This document shows, piece by piece, positions 33,583-46,458 of a stretch of 64,000 nt of DNA. Numbering within the stretch: position 1 is the stretch's first letter; each line of letters opens with the position of its first letter. The stretch spans positions 1 through 64,000 of the forward strand of contig NW_019218190.1 in the NCBI RefSeq assembly GCF_002571385.2. Reading direction: 5' to 3'. This DNA comes from Stylophora pistillata (lineage: Eukaryota). A program made the translations under genes and the position numbers. The notes under the pieces are model-generated. The model was given only the letters and a program-made list of their open reading frames with translations. It ran no database searches and had not been told where the DNA came from.

Positions 33583-35085
33583 ATGGTGAGCGTGGGTTTC
33601 GCTTCGAGGACGTTTTTCTGCGACAAATGCTCATATTTTTTATTTTCCCTTTCAGTTGTTTTACTCATTTTTCAAGTCCCTGGTTGGAAAAGAAGTGATC
33701 GTGGAACTGAAGAATGATCTCAGGTAAAACTGAGTTTTGTTGTCAGTTGCAAGCTTACGACTGACAGTCTTTTTGGTTCTGTCCTCGTGTACCGGTTCAC
33801 AAGAGCCGTTACAAAAGACCGAACAATACACAACAGCTAACCAATGACTCTTAAACAAAGAAAGAACAATGGTAATTCCCTTGTGAACCGGTACACCAGG
33901 ACAGAACCGTCTTTTTTCAGGTTTGCATTTTGCCCAAGACAAATTTAAATCAGCATGTATAAGATTAAGAAGTCGTCAGGCATTTTCATAAGGATTCTCT
34001 TGGTGTTATAGAAGTTGCTCCGAACTTACTCTTGTGGATTAATGGCACAACATTTCTGATTTGAAAAAAGTAGCTCTCACTTCATCAGAGACCAGATTGC
34101 AGTACGTACATCTACAATGCAGCTGCAAATGTGTTCGAGAATCTTTCATTTTCCGTGCTCCAGTTATGTTAAAGTTCAGCGATCTTGTCAGTTTCCACCA
34201 TATTTTGAACCTGGACTATTGTAACTGAAGAAAACATTGTGCAAAACGTGAGATTTTAAGATGAATATTACTATTTTTTGTTAACAGTGTACATGGAACA
34301 TTAGACTCGGTCGATCAGGTAAGCTTATAATTTGATTGTCGTAATAAGGTACAGCCGTACAGAAATGTATCGCTTTACCACTGAAGCCAATTGGCATATC
34401 TTGGAAAGCTTCATGAAATAATGTCTGATTTTATTCCACTTTTTATTGCAGTTTCTAAACATCAAATTAACAGATATAAGCCTGACAGACCCAGACAAGT
34501 ATCCTCACATGGTATTTATATGTGTAGTTTCTAGTGATTTTTTTGGTCTTACATCGATAATGGTAAAGATTAAGGATAAAGAGTGGAAAAAGAATGTGGG
34601 CTCAAGATTGGGCAATGAGTACGGCAGTGTTGCATCGTACCAGTCTAAGTGGTGTGTAGAGTATTGAACACTGCATAACTTGACAGTATGAGGTTAGCCA
34701 ACATTTCTTCAATAGAACCACATGACTTACCATTTAACTCAATGACATGACATTAATGTTACCAGGAAAAACGTCAGTCTGGTACTCAGTATGGCTTATC
34801 CTCAATAAAAACAGACAGGAGTTAATAAAGGGTGATTCCAGAAATATAACATATTTGTCCATAATTTGAATTTCAGTAAGTCACCAAGCATCTCGACAAT
34901 GATAATTATTATTTGTTAATGGTATGAAAGTTTTAGCTTGAATTTTTTTCCCTTTTTAGTTGTCAGTTAAAAACTGCTTCATTAGGGGATCTGTAGTGAG
35001 ATATGTGCAACTCCCAGCAGAAGAAGTTGATACATCACTGTTACAAGATGCCACCAGAAAGGAAGCAGCCCAAAGCAAGGCCTGA
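33583..35085 (+). CDS. LSM2: U6 snRNA-associated Sm-like protein LSm2
   Basis: Exons 33583-33585 (ATG only), 33656-33723, 34288-34318, 34452-34511, 34960-35085. Spliced product MLFYSFFKSLVGKEVIVELKNDLSVHGTLDSVDQFLNIKLTDI..KYPHMLSVKNCFIRGSVVRYVQLP. Confidence 0.95.
33775..33908. mobile_element. 134-bp MITE with GG...CC ends and 8-bp TSD (Merlin-like), copy 1
   Basis: TIR ggttctgtcct.gtgtaccggttcacaag. TSD gtcttttt on both sides. Confidence 0.85.
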
Positions 35086-35677
35086 AAACAAACTGAACTA
35101 ACAAAAAAGTCTATGTAGGAAACCCTTTCAAAGGAAAAAACTGTAAAAATATATGTAGGCTTTGTAAGCAGACACATTTTTTCAGTACCATGAATTTAGT
35201 GACTTAGGCATTTTAGTTCATTACAACTCAATACTAAGTGCTTTTATCGGATTTGAACAGTGAACTAATTCTCAGTTCAAAGACCTCACATACCACAATG
35301 CTACTGTAATGGACTTATTGACATTGCCTATAACCTGTTCAAGAAAAACTATTTTTGGATGTTACTTTCATCACTCAACAACTGCAAATCTGACAACCAG
35401 GGGAATAGTATGTTTACAGGCTTCCTAAACAGGACACCAGACCAGTCAAGAAAGAAAACAATAAACATTTTTGTTTTGTATATAGTAAGATTGTTGAGTG
35501 TCTGTTTTGGGAATGACAGATGGTATCTGTAGTCCTGAATTTTGAACCTTAAACCAGTTCACTGGACAGTAATTAGCATTTTGATTTACCAATTTGCATG
35601 ATGATTAATTTACTAGGTGCATTTCCCCTTCATAACTCCTAGAAGGAAGTGAGTGCAAGAAGAGATAAGAAGCCAAG

Positions 35678-36128
35678 TCAGACATAGTTGGATGCTACTC
35701 TGGTTTAAAGATGTAATGAATGTAACCAGGGAAAATAAAATTCATCGACCCAACATTTCAGCACTCCTGTCCAGTGCCTTCATCAGGGGTGGTCTGATCT
35801 AACCTCACAGTTGGGTGGTATAATTCTAAAATTATCACCACAAATTGCTGCTACTTCTAGCACCTTTATTTACAAGCTTGGCATATTAACTCTGTCCAGG
35901 CTCCTTTACATTGTGATGAAGGAGACTTAGTACCTGATGCCTATTTACACCTCATCAGAAAAAAGGGCAGCTAATTAGTGAGCATATAAAAGGGCCTCTT
36001 GTTCCAACTATCAGATCACCCCTGATGGAGGCACTAGACGAGAGTGTTGAAATGTTGATCAACAAATTGTAATATGCCTGGTTACAATCATGAGATCTTT
36101 AAACCAGTAACAACAAACTATGTCTGAT
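35678..36128. mobile_element. Foldback element with ~120-bp inverted arms, each containing a minimal hammerhead-like motif (Penelope-related)
   Basis: Minus strand 35746-35790 reads accc-CTGATGA-aggcact..agtgct-GAAA-tgtt-gggt. A degenerate mirror copy lies at 36017-36060. Confidence 0.6.
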
Positions 36129-37596
36129 TGTCCACCTGGTAGCTGTGTGCCAAGTGTATCCCTGTTTTTGCTGTCCACTTCAGAGCTTAAATGAAATCCC
36201 TTCCCAAAGTCTAGAGAAAATATTTTTGTATAGCAGTTAATGTCTCCCGAAAGTAAAATCTCCTTGATGTGCTTTTTCTTTTGTTCAAGATATCACTCAG
36301 GTAATTGCTGAGACTCCAAACATTTTTATGAGCTGAACTAAATTCCAATTTGGACCCACCCAAATTCAAATAGGTACACTTGTTGATTCAGACATCAAAT
36401 TTCACTGGCCCTTCCCAGATCCAGGAAAATCAATCAGTGATGCCAAATACATCATAATAAGTCATGCAATTGGTTCAGCTTTTGATAAGTTCATGTCCAA
36501 TTCAAAGCCATTCCAGGGCTAAAGTTCCTGACTATGCCAGGTGGGAAAAACTGGGTTGACAATCCAATTAAAGAAGCTGTTCTTAATTGATTCTGATGCC
36601 ACTTTTTTTTCACATGCATAACCAAAGCTATTAAGTTTGGCTTGTGCAAAGTTCATCTTTCAAACCAGACCTAAATTTTTGGATGTATTTAACAATTATG
36701 ACAACTATATTAAGTACCCCAGGGTCTTCACACAAATCATCAACACAACAGTAACTTAACTTTTGTTTATGGTGTATTATGTTCACAGAAATCATAAAAA
36801 ACACAAAGCTGTAAGTTGAAATAACATACAGACAGCCTGCTTTTTCTCTTTCATTAGAGCTGTACACAAATGCATGGAAACTAAATTGTTAACAAGGTGC
36901 CAAACACTACTACATAGTTAAAATGTACTCTGAACAACAACAGAAATAACTGTTTGTAGGGGTTATACTAAACTAGGACCTGATGGGAACAATTTTATCT
37001 AACACAACCCCACATTTTGTTTCAGAGATACTATCTCCATACATGATTTGCAAAAATCAGAGTAGAACGTAAATCTGATAGACAGGTTTTTCTCAAGCTA
37101 GAGCTGCAAGGCTGAAGTGTCTCAGTGAAACTGGGCAAGGAATCTACTCCATGAATTGCAGGATAAAATCCATAGAATAATTTTCAACCAGATAAAAATT
37201 GAGCTAGGATTGACCCTGTTGACTGGAACACACCTATTTATAATGTACACAAAAGGGGGAGAAATAGAAATAAAAATTTCCAGCATCTGTATATACAATA
37301 TTCTCCTTTTCAGGGGGTAACTGGTCAAATTTACCGCCTGCAGTACTTCTCATTACCGCCTAAAATTATTTGGAATTCTTGAAAATGCAACAAAAGGATT
37401 TTTCTACTGGTTTTGAACATTTCTTTTACCTATTGTGCTTAAAAAAAGGAGAACACCATATATACTGTTAGTTACACATAGATTCAGCAATTAAACGAAT
37501 AAACTGTTTTTAAAACATTTTATCCTGAAGACTTGAAACAGCATTAAAGGAGGAAATATTAAAACAAGGAAGTAAGGTTAGAAAAATAAATTGTTC

Positions 37597-40500
37597 TTAT
37601 TTGTAGTGAGGTTTTGTTGATCTTGGACGTGCTGATGCAGATCGTCCTCTCTGAGCTGCTGCTCTTTCCTGAATCTGATAAGCCATGGGTGAAATTTTAA
37701 ATCCAAACAATCTGGAAAAAAAGAGAAAAGAAAAAAAAAAAACAGTTAGAAATAATGATCAGAACAGAACAAATTATGATAAACTGTCAAAGCTTGTGCT
37801 TCTCCCTTAGAACATTTCTCAATTTTTGCCTATTGGCATATTAGTTTTTTTTTTTTTTTCACACTTATTTCAAAGTAAAACAGTTAAATTCATTCCTAGT
37901 TATTCCTTAGTTTTCCTCTCCAGGTTCCCACTGTACTTGCTTATCTGACCAATCTCGCAAACTCATCACACTATACCTTGGCACAAACTGGTTGTTTGGT
38001 CTTTTTGGTCTGTACTCAGGATGTACCATGAACAACATGTGAGGGAAACCTGTCCCAAAGTATGCTCCATCTGTGTGATGATGTCGAGATGATTTTGGTG
38101 TGTAAACATCCATGCATTTTGGACAGTAAAGTTTGACCATTGCCTCTCCTGGAACATCAGACAAACCTGTGGACGACAACAGAAACTGAGCTGTAAAAGG
38201 AATGCTCTGACAACAAGATAACATACTGGAGTAATTGGACAAAATAATGTAAGTACTACACTTGCACATGCACAAGCCTTAACTTTCATTGTGAACTTAC
38301 CAATGGGCAAGACTGCCTGATTTTCACAATACACTCGACAACAGTGTCCAAAATCACCATTCTGGTATTTTTCAAGCTGCATATAAGAACACACAAGGTT
38401 AGTAATCACTCAGAATGTTCAACGCAATGTGTAGGGAGGTCAGAAGTAGAACTGTCATGATATTCCTACAAGGCACCCACAATACTTTTAAAACCTAGTT
38501 TATCGAGATCTAGTTGAACAGAACAAGTTATGAAAGAGAGACTCGTGCCCATGTTGGTGACATACTATAGGACTGTCAATAAGTTCTGATATTATTCATT
38601 CCCAAACACTCTGCAGAGCTTATGAACCTTTCAGCAAATTCTGATTGATTGCTTGATGGTATCTCAATAATAGCATGATTTGTCATCAGCACTTGTGAAA
38701 AAAATTTGAAATTCTTATCATTCTTGAAAAACTAATTAAAACCAAGCCCTTGATACAATCTTTTTATCTGTAATCCTATTTAAGACTAGATGGTCAAGGA
38801 CAATTTTCAACACCTACCATTTGGGCAAGCCCCCTGTTAGTTAATATATAACGTGCATGAATGAGACCATATAACATCTCTGCTGCCTGTTCAATCAAAT
38901 CACTTTGATTTGGATTATCTTCTAATTCATCATCTGTTGACAAAACAATCACAATTTTAACCGCAACTGGCAGTAATGTGGCAATCTGATTGGTCAACTT
39001 GCCATTCCTGAAAAGAGTTCAGACATTGCTGATCACGTTGTTCAAAATTTGTTACAGACTCACTACACTGTACCTTGACAACATTTTGACCACTGTGATA
39101 ACAAATATGGTTGTCAATAAGAGTATAGAGCACACTAAACCACTGTCCATATTTTATTACATCAACATAGCTTGGTCTGTAATCTCTCTTAAGTAATATG
39201 AGCCCTAAATTTGTGGTTGGATTGGTTTGGTGAAGAATTTCAGTAAGTTATGGGCTGAGATGGACCAGACAAGACTTTTAAAAGTTTCATCTGGGTAACT
39301 AGTATACAGGGTTCACAGGGGAAAATTTTAATGATTAGACTATCTCAATTGGAAAAAAAAGTCATTGAATAATTGAATTACCTGGCCTTATCATATGAAT
39401 GTGTTAAGACTGTTTTCAGAGGAAATTTTGGTGTGGTGAGATCTCGGAAACCAAGTCCTACTAACGAGAGTTCAGATCAAATTTCACCATAGCAGTAAAG
39501 CTGAAAAGTACATGCTAGTAATAAAACAATTTCACCAACCTGGCTCCATATCCAGTATCATGTCTAAGGCCTGCCTATAATGCGGCACTTGTTCATTTAA
39601 TCCAGTTAAGTTGAACTTGTCCTGAATGTAGTCTTCATCAACCTTTCATAAGAAAAGAATGATCAAATTACTCAGCAAGAAGCAAGAAAGAAAACAGTTT
39701 TCAAAAAACATTAACATACGAACAGAGCAACCAGCAATCAGGAAATCCCTTCTGAAAACCACAGTTGGGGTGATTATTGGAGAAATGAGAAGAGTTGTTA
39801 GCAATAAGGAAAATCTTTATTAGGAACACCAACTTCACTGAAAATGGGGATTTACCTCGCAGCTCAAGCTACCACTATTTTAGTTACCAAGATGAGTAGA
39901 TAAAAAATTTGGCAACTAAATCTGAAGCTTGATGACTTGTGTTTGGGGGTTATGAAATAGCTTATGCCATATTTAAGATAGGTAATATGACCAGAATATA
40001 CATGGTACTGGGTTCAATACTGCAACCACTGGTGCATAGTTAGATGCCAAAAAGTTTTCCTGCTCATGACCGCGACCAAAATGATGGTAACTTAGGGCGT
40101 TGTGGATGATTATACTATTGTTGATTATACTATTGCTAATACTATCGTTGAGTTATATCAAGAATTATCTAAAATGAGGTTAAACTGGTGTATGACACTG
40201 CTCCTCTTGTTTGGAATTTATATCACTCCCTCTAATTCCAAAAATTGATAGTGTCACTAAGATCTATTAAAAAAAAATTTACAGGGTCTTCAGTCCGGTT
40301 ACTGCTTTAGGAAACCCCAGGAAATGCAACCAACATATTATCAAGATAGCAGCCTTTTCATATTTTATGAGATCATTGATCTCACCAACTCCTCTTTTGC
40401 TCACCATGTTTTCATGGCCTGATGGGGCAAGATTTCTGTATAACCCTATACTTCATTAAGGTTAACAGTTTCTTGAATAATAGAAACTGAAAAAAAGATT

Positions 40501-40935
40501 GATTGCCTTTGACTACTGATTTGGTTTAGGATAGTCTGAAGTTATGTGGAAATCTTTCCACATGATGGTTGTTGAGGTAAAGCAGTTTCAGTAAAAACAT
40601 CAACTGCAGATTACAACTCACTCGATCAGATTTGAAGAAAAAGGTTACAGGAAAAAACTCACAAGGGATTGAATTTCTTGTTACTTGTCACAAATTAGCT
40701 CCGAGGGTTTCAATAAAACGATGTCACAAAATCTAACAAGTACAATATGTTTCATAGAGTATGTCCTATTTCTGGCCAATTTATATTGGACTCAAGTCTC
40801 CCTGTGGTGTACTTCTAAGTAAGCTTAATTGTAACACTAATTAAGCCAAGCTAGCAATAGTACCTCGCAAAAAAACTCGTTACCCCGAAGACCACAGAAC
40901 CAAGAAATCCACGACACCTCCTCTGAGCTACTCAT
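37597..40935 (-). CDS. CSNK2B: Casein kinase II subunit beta
   Basis: Exons 40864-40935, 39540-39642, 38818-38933, 38301-38376, 37977-38166, 37597-37711. [89 protein letters not shown]. Confidence 0.97.
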
Positions 40936-41214
40936 GTTATTTCCTCAGTTGTTTAAGTTGGAGGAGAATGCTTGAGATAATTCCAGATACTGAAAGATGA
41001 AAATATCCAGGTTGATCTACCAAAAACAGGTTTGGGACGCTATTTGCATAGAAGCTGACCATGAATAGTAGTTCTTGGCATGGTTAATTTAAAAGGTTGC
41101 CTACCTAGGGGAGATTTCAGATATAACTGGTCTCAAAAATACCAGCCGTCACAGATTATCATCAAGAATACACAAAATGCTAAGATGAATATTGACACAA
41201 TACTGCGGACGAAG

Positions 41215-41430
41215 ATGGAGCTAGGAAGGAAACAGATTGGACACGCACAAATGGTACAGACTGCGCATGACGTAAGATCCACTGAACAATAAAATTACGA
41301 TACCACGGGCTCTCTTATATATAACAAGAATTCTCATTGGACAGATGTGTTCAAATCTAGCCAATGGCATAAAGTCTTTCTAGCGCAGCCTCGAGGTTCA
41401 AGAATGCCGAGAACTAATTCGCGGGAAAAG
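41215..41430. promoter_or_regulatory. Probable bidirectional promoter for CSNK2B and POLE3
   Basis: ATTGG/CCAAT boxes at ~41236, 41336 and 41361. CRE-like TGACGTAA at ~41268. E2F-like TTCGCGGGAAA at ~41418. Lies between divergent genes. Confidence 0.45.
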
Positions 41431-41692
41431 CGAAGAAGAAATCCGCATTTGGAGATTGTAAGGTTAGTGAACTTTTTTCGTGTCGAGCTGGTGATACTAT
41501 ACTAATGAGTTTATCACGTTTTTTTTGCTGAATTACTTGTGAAAAAGTATACAGACGATTTTGAGAGTGTCAAAATGTTGAGATTTATTGATCCAAGTTG
41601 CTGCAAATTTTCAGATGAACCCTTTCTTAGAAGATGCGGCATTAATTGTTCATCATGTTTCGTTATGGTTTTCTTTTTCAGAACTTTGAACA

Positions 41693-44526
41693 ATGGCAGA
41701 AAAACCAGAAGATTTGAATCTTCCCAACGCAGTTATTTCACGCCTTGCTAAAGATGCAGTAAGATTGTGATATCTCCATCGGCAACTATTGTGCTGACAT
41801 CTGAAAATAACTGAAAGTGATATACGGAAGTTGATAGGTGATCCCACTGTTCTAGATTGTGAACTAATGAACTTTTCTCTGTTCCAGCTCCCTGAAAATG
41901 TTAACATATCCAAAGAAGCCAGAACTGCCATAGGAAAAGCTGCCAGTGTTTTTGTTCTTTATGCTACCTCATGGTGTGTAATATATAATAGTTATTCTTT
42001 AATTTTTTTTGTGAGGGCATTGAGAAGAGGGTGGGAGGCTTGCGATCTTTGCATATTTCTTCATATGGTTAACTGCCAGAAAACAGGTATAGAACTAACA
42101 GTGATCAAATCAGGGTAATTTGGTGCTTCTACTTCTATCAGCCTGTATCAGTTTTACTCCTGTGTAAATCCTTTTTGTCATTTGATCCCTACCACCTGAT
42201 AGAGTTTTCTTTTACTTAATATTTGACAAAAATCCACATACAGTGCATCAAGGCTTTGTGTGTCAGCATGAGTAGAGCCAAAGAAAGCCGTTCTGTTCTG
42301 TGAGATACAGGCTGAAAGAAGAAAGGAAGAAATAGAGGATCGGGGTAAATCAAATGATAAAATGCCTGAGTTAGGTCAGGCTGGATAGGATGATATTTGG
42401 CTCACAGTTATCACACACAGACTTCTCTGTGTTTGTGTGGAAGGTTGTGACCTCAAGCTGAATTTTATCCCATCTGACCCTCCCACTTAGTCAGTAAGTA
42501 CATAGTAATACTAATAAACATGTTTGGTTGAGTTGGTTGGATATGGAACTTGTTATTGGCAACAATTTCATGGACCTCTTGTGTGGTCAGTAAGGAATTT
42601 AGTTTACTCATAGAAACCTAGAACTGCTGGATCATGTTCACTGGAGGTACTCTTGAACAATATGTAGGTCGACTTATTGGTAGAGTCGCTTGATATTCAA
42701 GCAATGTGTTGATCATCACTCAGTCAACACTCGGTCAATTGTTGGTTGATACTCAGTTAACACTCAGTCAGTAGTTGTTTCACACTGGGTCCATAGTTCA
42801 GCAACACTCAGGCAATTGTGGGGTCCACACGTGGCTGATACTTGATTGATAGTCGGTTGATATTGGATGCTCCCCACTGATATATCAACTGAGTGTCAAC
42901 TGACACATCAGATGAGTATCGACCAGCTCTTAACCAACAAACTTTAGCATACTTTAATTTGTCATATTTTCTGTATGGTGAATATCGGACTGGTGTATGT
43001 ATTGGTAATCTTAAGACTTAAAGTGCACCTAAACCCAAAATTTTTTTTTTCTCTTAACGAAATAAGCTTATTTTTTGGAGTATTTCTGTGCAAAAATTTT
43101 TTAATTTGCTCAAATCTTTAATTTTCTATGCCCAGTCAAAATACGGAAAATTGGCCGCCATCTTGCCCCACGACCAAGTTTAAAGAAGAATGGCTCTAGC
43201 GGGTAATGTGACGTCAAATCGAGAACACGAAAGTCTGCATCTCACACATTTTCACTTGTTTGGGAAGATTGTCGTCGATATTGTCCAAAATATGCCGACT
43301 AGGTGTGTTGTATGAAGAATGTATGAAGCGCGATACCCTCTTGCAAATTTCGCACGTTGCTACATCCTTCTACAACACACTTAGTCGGCATATTTTCGGA
43401 CAATTATCGACTACAACCTTCCCAAACAAGTGAAAATATGTGAAATGCAGACTTTCGTGTTCTCGATTTGACGTCACATTACCCACTTGAGCCATTCCTC
43501 TTTAAACTCGGTCGTGGGGCAAGATGGCGGCCGATTTTCCGTATTTTGACTGGGCATAGAAAATTGAAGATTTGAGCAAATAAAAAAATTTTTGCGCAGA
43601 AATACTCAAAATAATAAGCTTACTTCGTTAAGCGAAAAAAATTTTTTGGGTGTAGGTGCACTTTAACGAGCTTACACTTGGTTTAAAACTATCATTAATG
43701 ATTTATTTTTATGTAGATTTTCTCCATTTTATTTTAGTGCTAACAACTTTACACAAAAGCAGAATAGGAAGACATTAACTGCACCTGACGTCTTTGAAGC
43801 TTTAGAGGAAATGGAATTTGAGCATTTCATTAAACCTCTTAAAGAAAGCCTAGCTTGTGAGTGCTCTTTTAATTTTTAATTGAACTACCAGGGTATTGGC
43901 AGATTTCTGCTTGGGATGTTTTTTTAGGTGATTCTCTGTTTAACTGAACAAGTGGATAATTATCACAAATACAAAAAAAAAAATGGTGTAAACTTTAAAT
44001 ATCATTGGCTTAAACATCACTTTAGTAGAAAAGTGAAAGTTTAAAGCGGATTTAGAGTATTACTAAGAAACTCTTTGATGTAGTGGTGTTTTGGATTAGG
44101 GATGGAAGCATTTGAGCTAAATCCAAAGCAATGTCATTGTTTTATGTTGTTGGGTAAGACAGGAAATGAGATTAAAATTGTGAAATCCAGGATGCCCAGT
44201 ATAGGCTTTTTATGAAAGAACTAAGATCCCCCAGTCACCCAAGAGCAAAAGTAAGGTTCCAAGGATCACTAGGCAGTGCACTGCACTGGTGAATTGTTAC
44301 CTGTGATGTTTTCTGATTTTGTGGTTTTTGTCTTACAGTGTTCAGAAAGGAACAAAAAGGTAAAAAAGAAGCAGCTGCTGAATCAAAACGAAAGAAGAGT
44401 GATATTGCATCTGAACCAGAACCAGAATCAAAACGTCAAAAAATAGAATCTGAGGACAAGGAAAAATCGAAAGAAATTAAAACAGGAGAAGCCCATGAAG
44501 ATACAGAAAATGAAGAAAAGCCTTAA
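41693..44526 (+). CDS. POLE3: DNA polymerase epsilon subunit 3 / CHRAC17 (histone-fold protein)
   Basis: Exons 41693-41758, 41888-41973, 43738-43856, 44339-44526. [58 protein letters not shown]...[11 protein letters not shown], then a charged tail. Confidence 0.95.
43022..43662. mobile_element. ~640-bp foldback MITE with TTAA TSD (Kolobok-like) in POLE3 intron 2
   Basis: TTAA|agtgcacc...ggtgcact|TTAA. About 290-bp inverted arms with a short loop. Confidence 0.85.
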
Positions 44527-44662
44527 GCAGTATTGATCTTATAAGAGAGATAAAAAAAAAAAAAAACAAGGACAGTGCTATGTAGAGAGCCATTCTGAAT
44601 TGTCTGACTTTATTTGGATGGCGTGAGCTATTTTTCATTTAGATGCATAGAATATTCTCCTG

Positions 44663-44808
44663 GCCCCGGTTGTTCAAAGGAGAGATAACGCTATACACTG
44701 GATAAATCTCTATCCGGTGGATAGCGCAGTGCGTTTTGGTAACACTTATCTGCTGGATAGCAATTTATCCGTTGGATAGTGTTATCCGCCCTTTGAACAA
44801 CCGGAACC
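44663..44808. mobile_element. Short MITE (PIF/Harbinger-like) 3' of the POLE3 stop
   Basis: TIR ccggttgttcaaagg / cctttgaacaaccgg. Internal ggataa/ttatcc motifs. Confidence 0.7.
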
Positions 44809-46458
44809 TGATCTTTTATATTATTCTCTGGTGATTACATTTCCTGATGAAAACCCTGTAACAATGACAAGAGATATACAGCTGCGCCGTCATTTGATGA
44901 TAAGGTTTGTAATGTTCTGAAACCAACTTCTCAATTGAAGACCATCATTGGAAGTTGTCAGAAAAGTCCTGGAAAGAGTTGTGGAATTCACAATTTTTGA
45001 AGAGTTTGAATCTTTTAGGTAGTACAAGTGGGACCACTTGATGAAAATACAGTTTTAAATTATTTGAGAATGTCTTTGTCATTTTTTCCTCTTTTCTCTT
45101 TCCTAGACACCAATTTCACTTAGTTGAGACTTTTACTATTACCAGTCAACACTTCAAAGAGTAAACCCTGCCAATGGCTTAGTCACTTTCTTAAGATGTT
45201 TCAAATGTTTTTTAGTGAAATCATATTTGTTGTGTCAAGGTGGGTGGATTGTGTTTTTAAAGAGAAAGGGGAGTCCAACCAAGTGATGTGAAAAGTTCCA
45301 TCAATAAGAATTGCTTTATTGATAAGAGGTCTGCTTCAAGAACTATTCTTGGGTATTGTTCTTATTGGGAATGGGGAGATTAGGCATAGTAGGTAGTCCT
45401 AAATGGGTTAGGTAGGAATACTTACCCCTCAAGGTACAATCTTCCCCCTGTAGGAAGAACACTGGTCTGAGTTGAAAAAGTAAGGGGTAAAGACAGCATT
45501 AGACTAGAACAGGTAAGCTAGTTTTGATTGAAGTTATCAGGAAATTTGAGAAACAAAGGTTGTGAGAAATTAGAACTCTACTTTACTTGCTAATAGTGAA
45601 TGAGCAACTCTAGAATCTGAAATATTTTAAGCTAAACTAAACTCCACCTGCTCTAGTTTTGACAATAAAGTGCAATTATGCAATTTTCTAACTGTGAACA
45701 ATTACACCTCCTTCACATCTCTGCTTTGTAAAGCTTGTAATAAGAGGTAATATGAAAATATCTACTACATATTGAATTCCTTGTGTAACTCAATCACCAT
45801 AATTTGATCTACTCAACATCACTTTCGATATTTACCAAGGCCTCTACAGAGGTAGATCCTTTGCATGCAGCTTACAGTTAATGTACTATAATGTACAAAA
45901 CAACAGATTTTATCTGAATTTCATTGAGACCTAGAAGTAATGTTAAGTTCATTTATTCACCCTCTCAATAATAAAGATCCTACATTTCTTTTGTCTCCCA
46001 TTTACTTAATCAGCTTAATATCAATTAGTTGGTCACAGACAGTCACTACAGTAAGATCAATAATGCAAATTCTAATTGAGTGTCAAAGTAATTTTGGATC
46101 ATATTGCCTTTGGTTAACATTGGTATGGGAAACTTGGATGATCCCTTTGACTAATCCATCACAAAATTAAAGCCAATCACCACCAGGCTGGTATTAGTTT
46201 GAATTTGGTGATAACACTCAACTGAAAAGCCCCTATAAAATATTTTGACCCTTGTGGATGTTACCATTTGATTGGTCAATCTAGCCTGAAGATTTTCAGT
46301 GGTTGTCTCTTAAGTTTTTACACAACTTCAAACAATACTTATGATGTAAGTTAAAAGTTGCCAAATTAAAGCTTCATAGTTGAGACATTTTATTGTAAAT
46401 TGAACAAGTCTACATAATTATTTAAATATGAACTTTGTTCTTGGAGTTGGTGATTGCT

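Noticed and set aside
33661-33942. Similar short ORFs here and at 50699-50887 ([12 protein letters not shown]...) as a small gene family
   Set aside because: The similarity is explained by the shared non-coding MITE.
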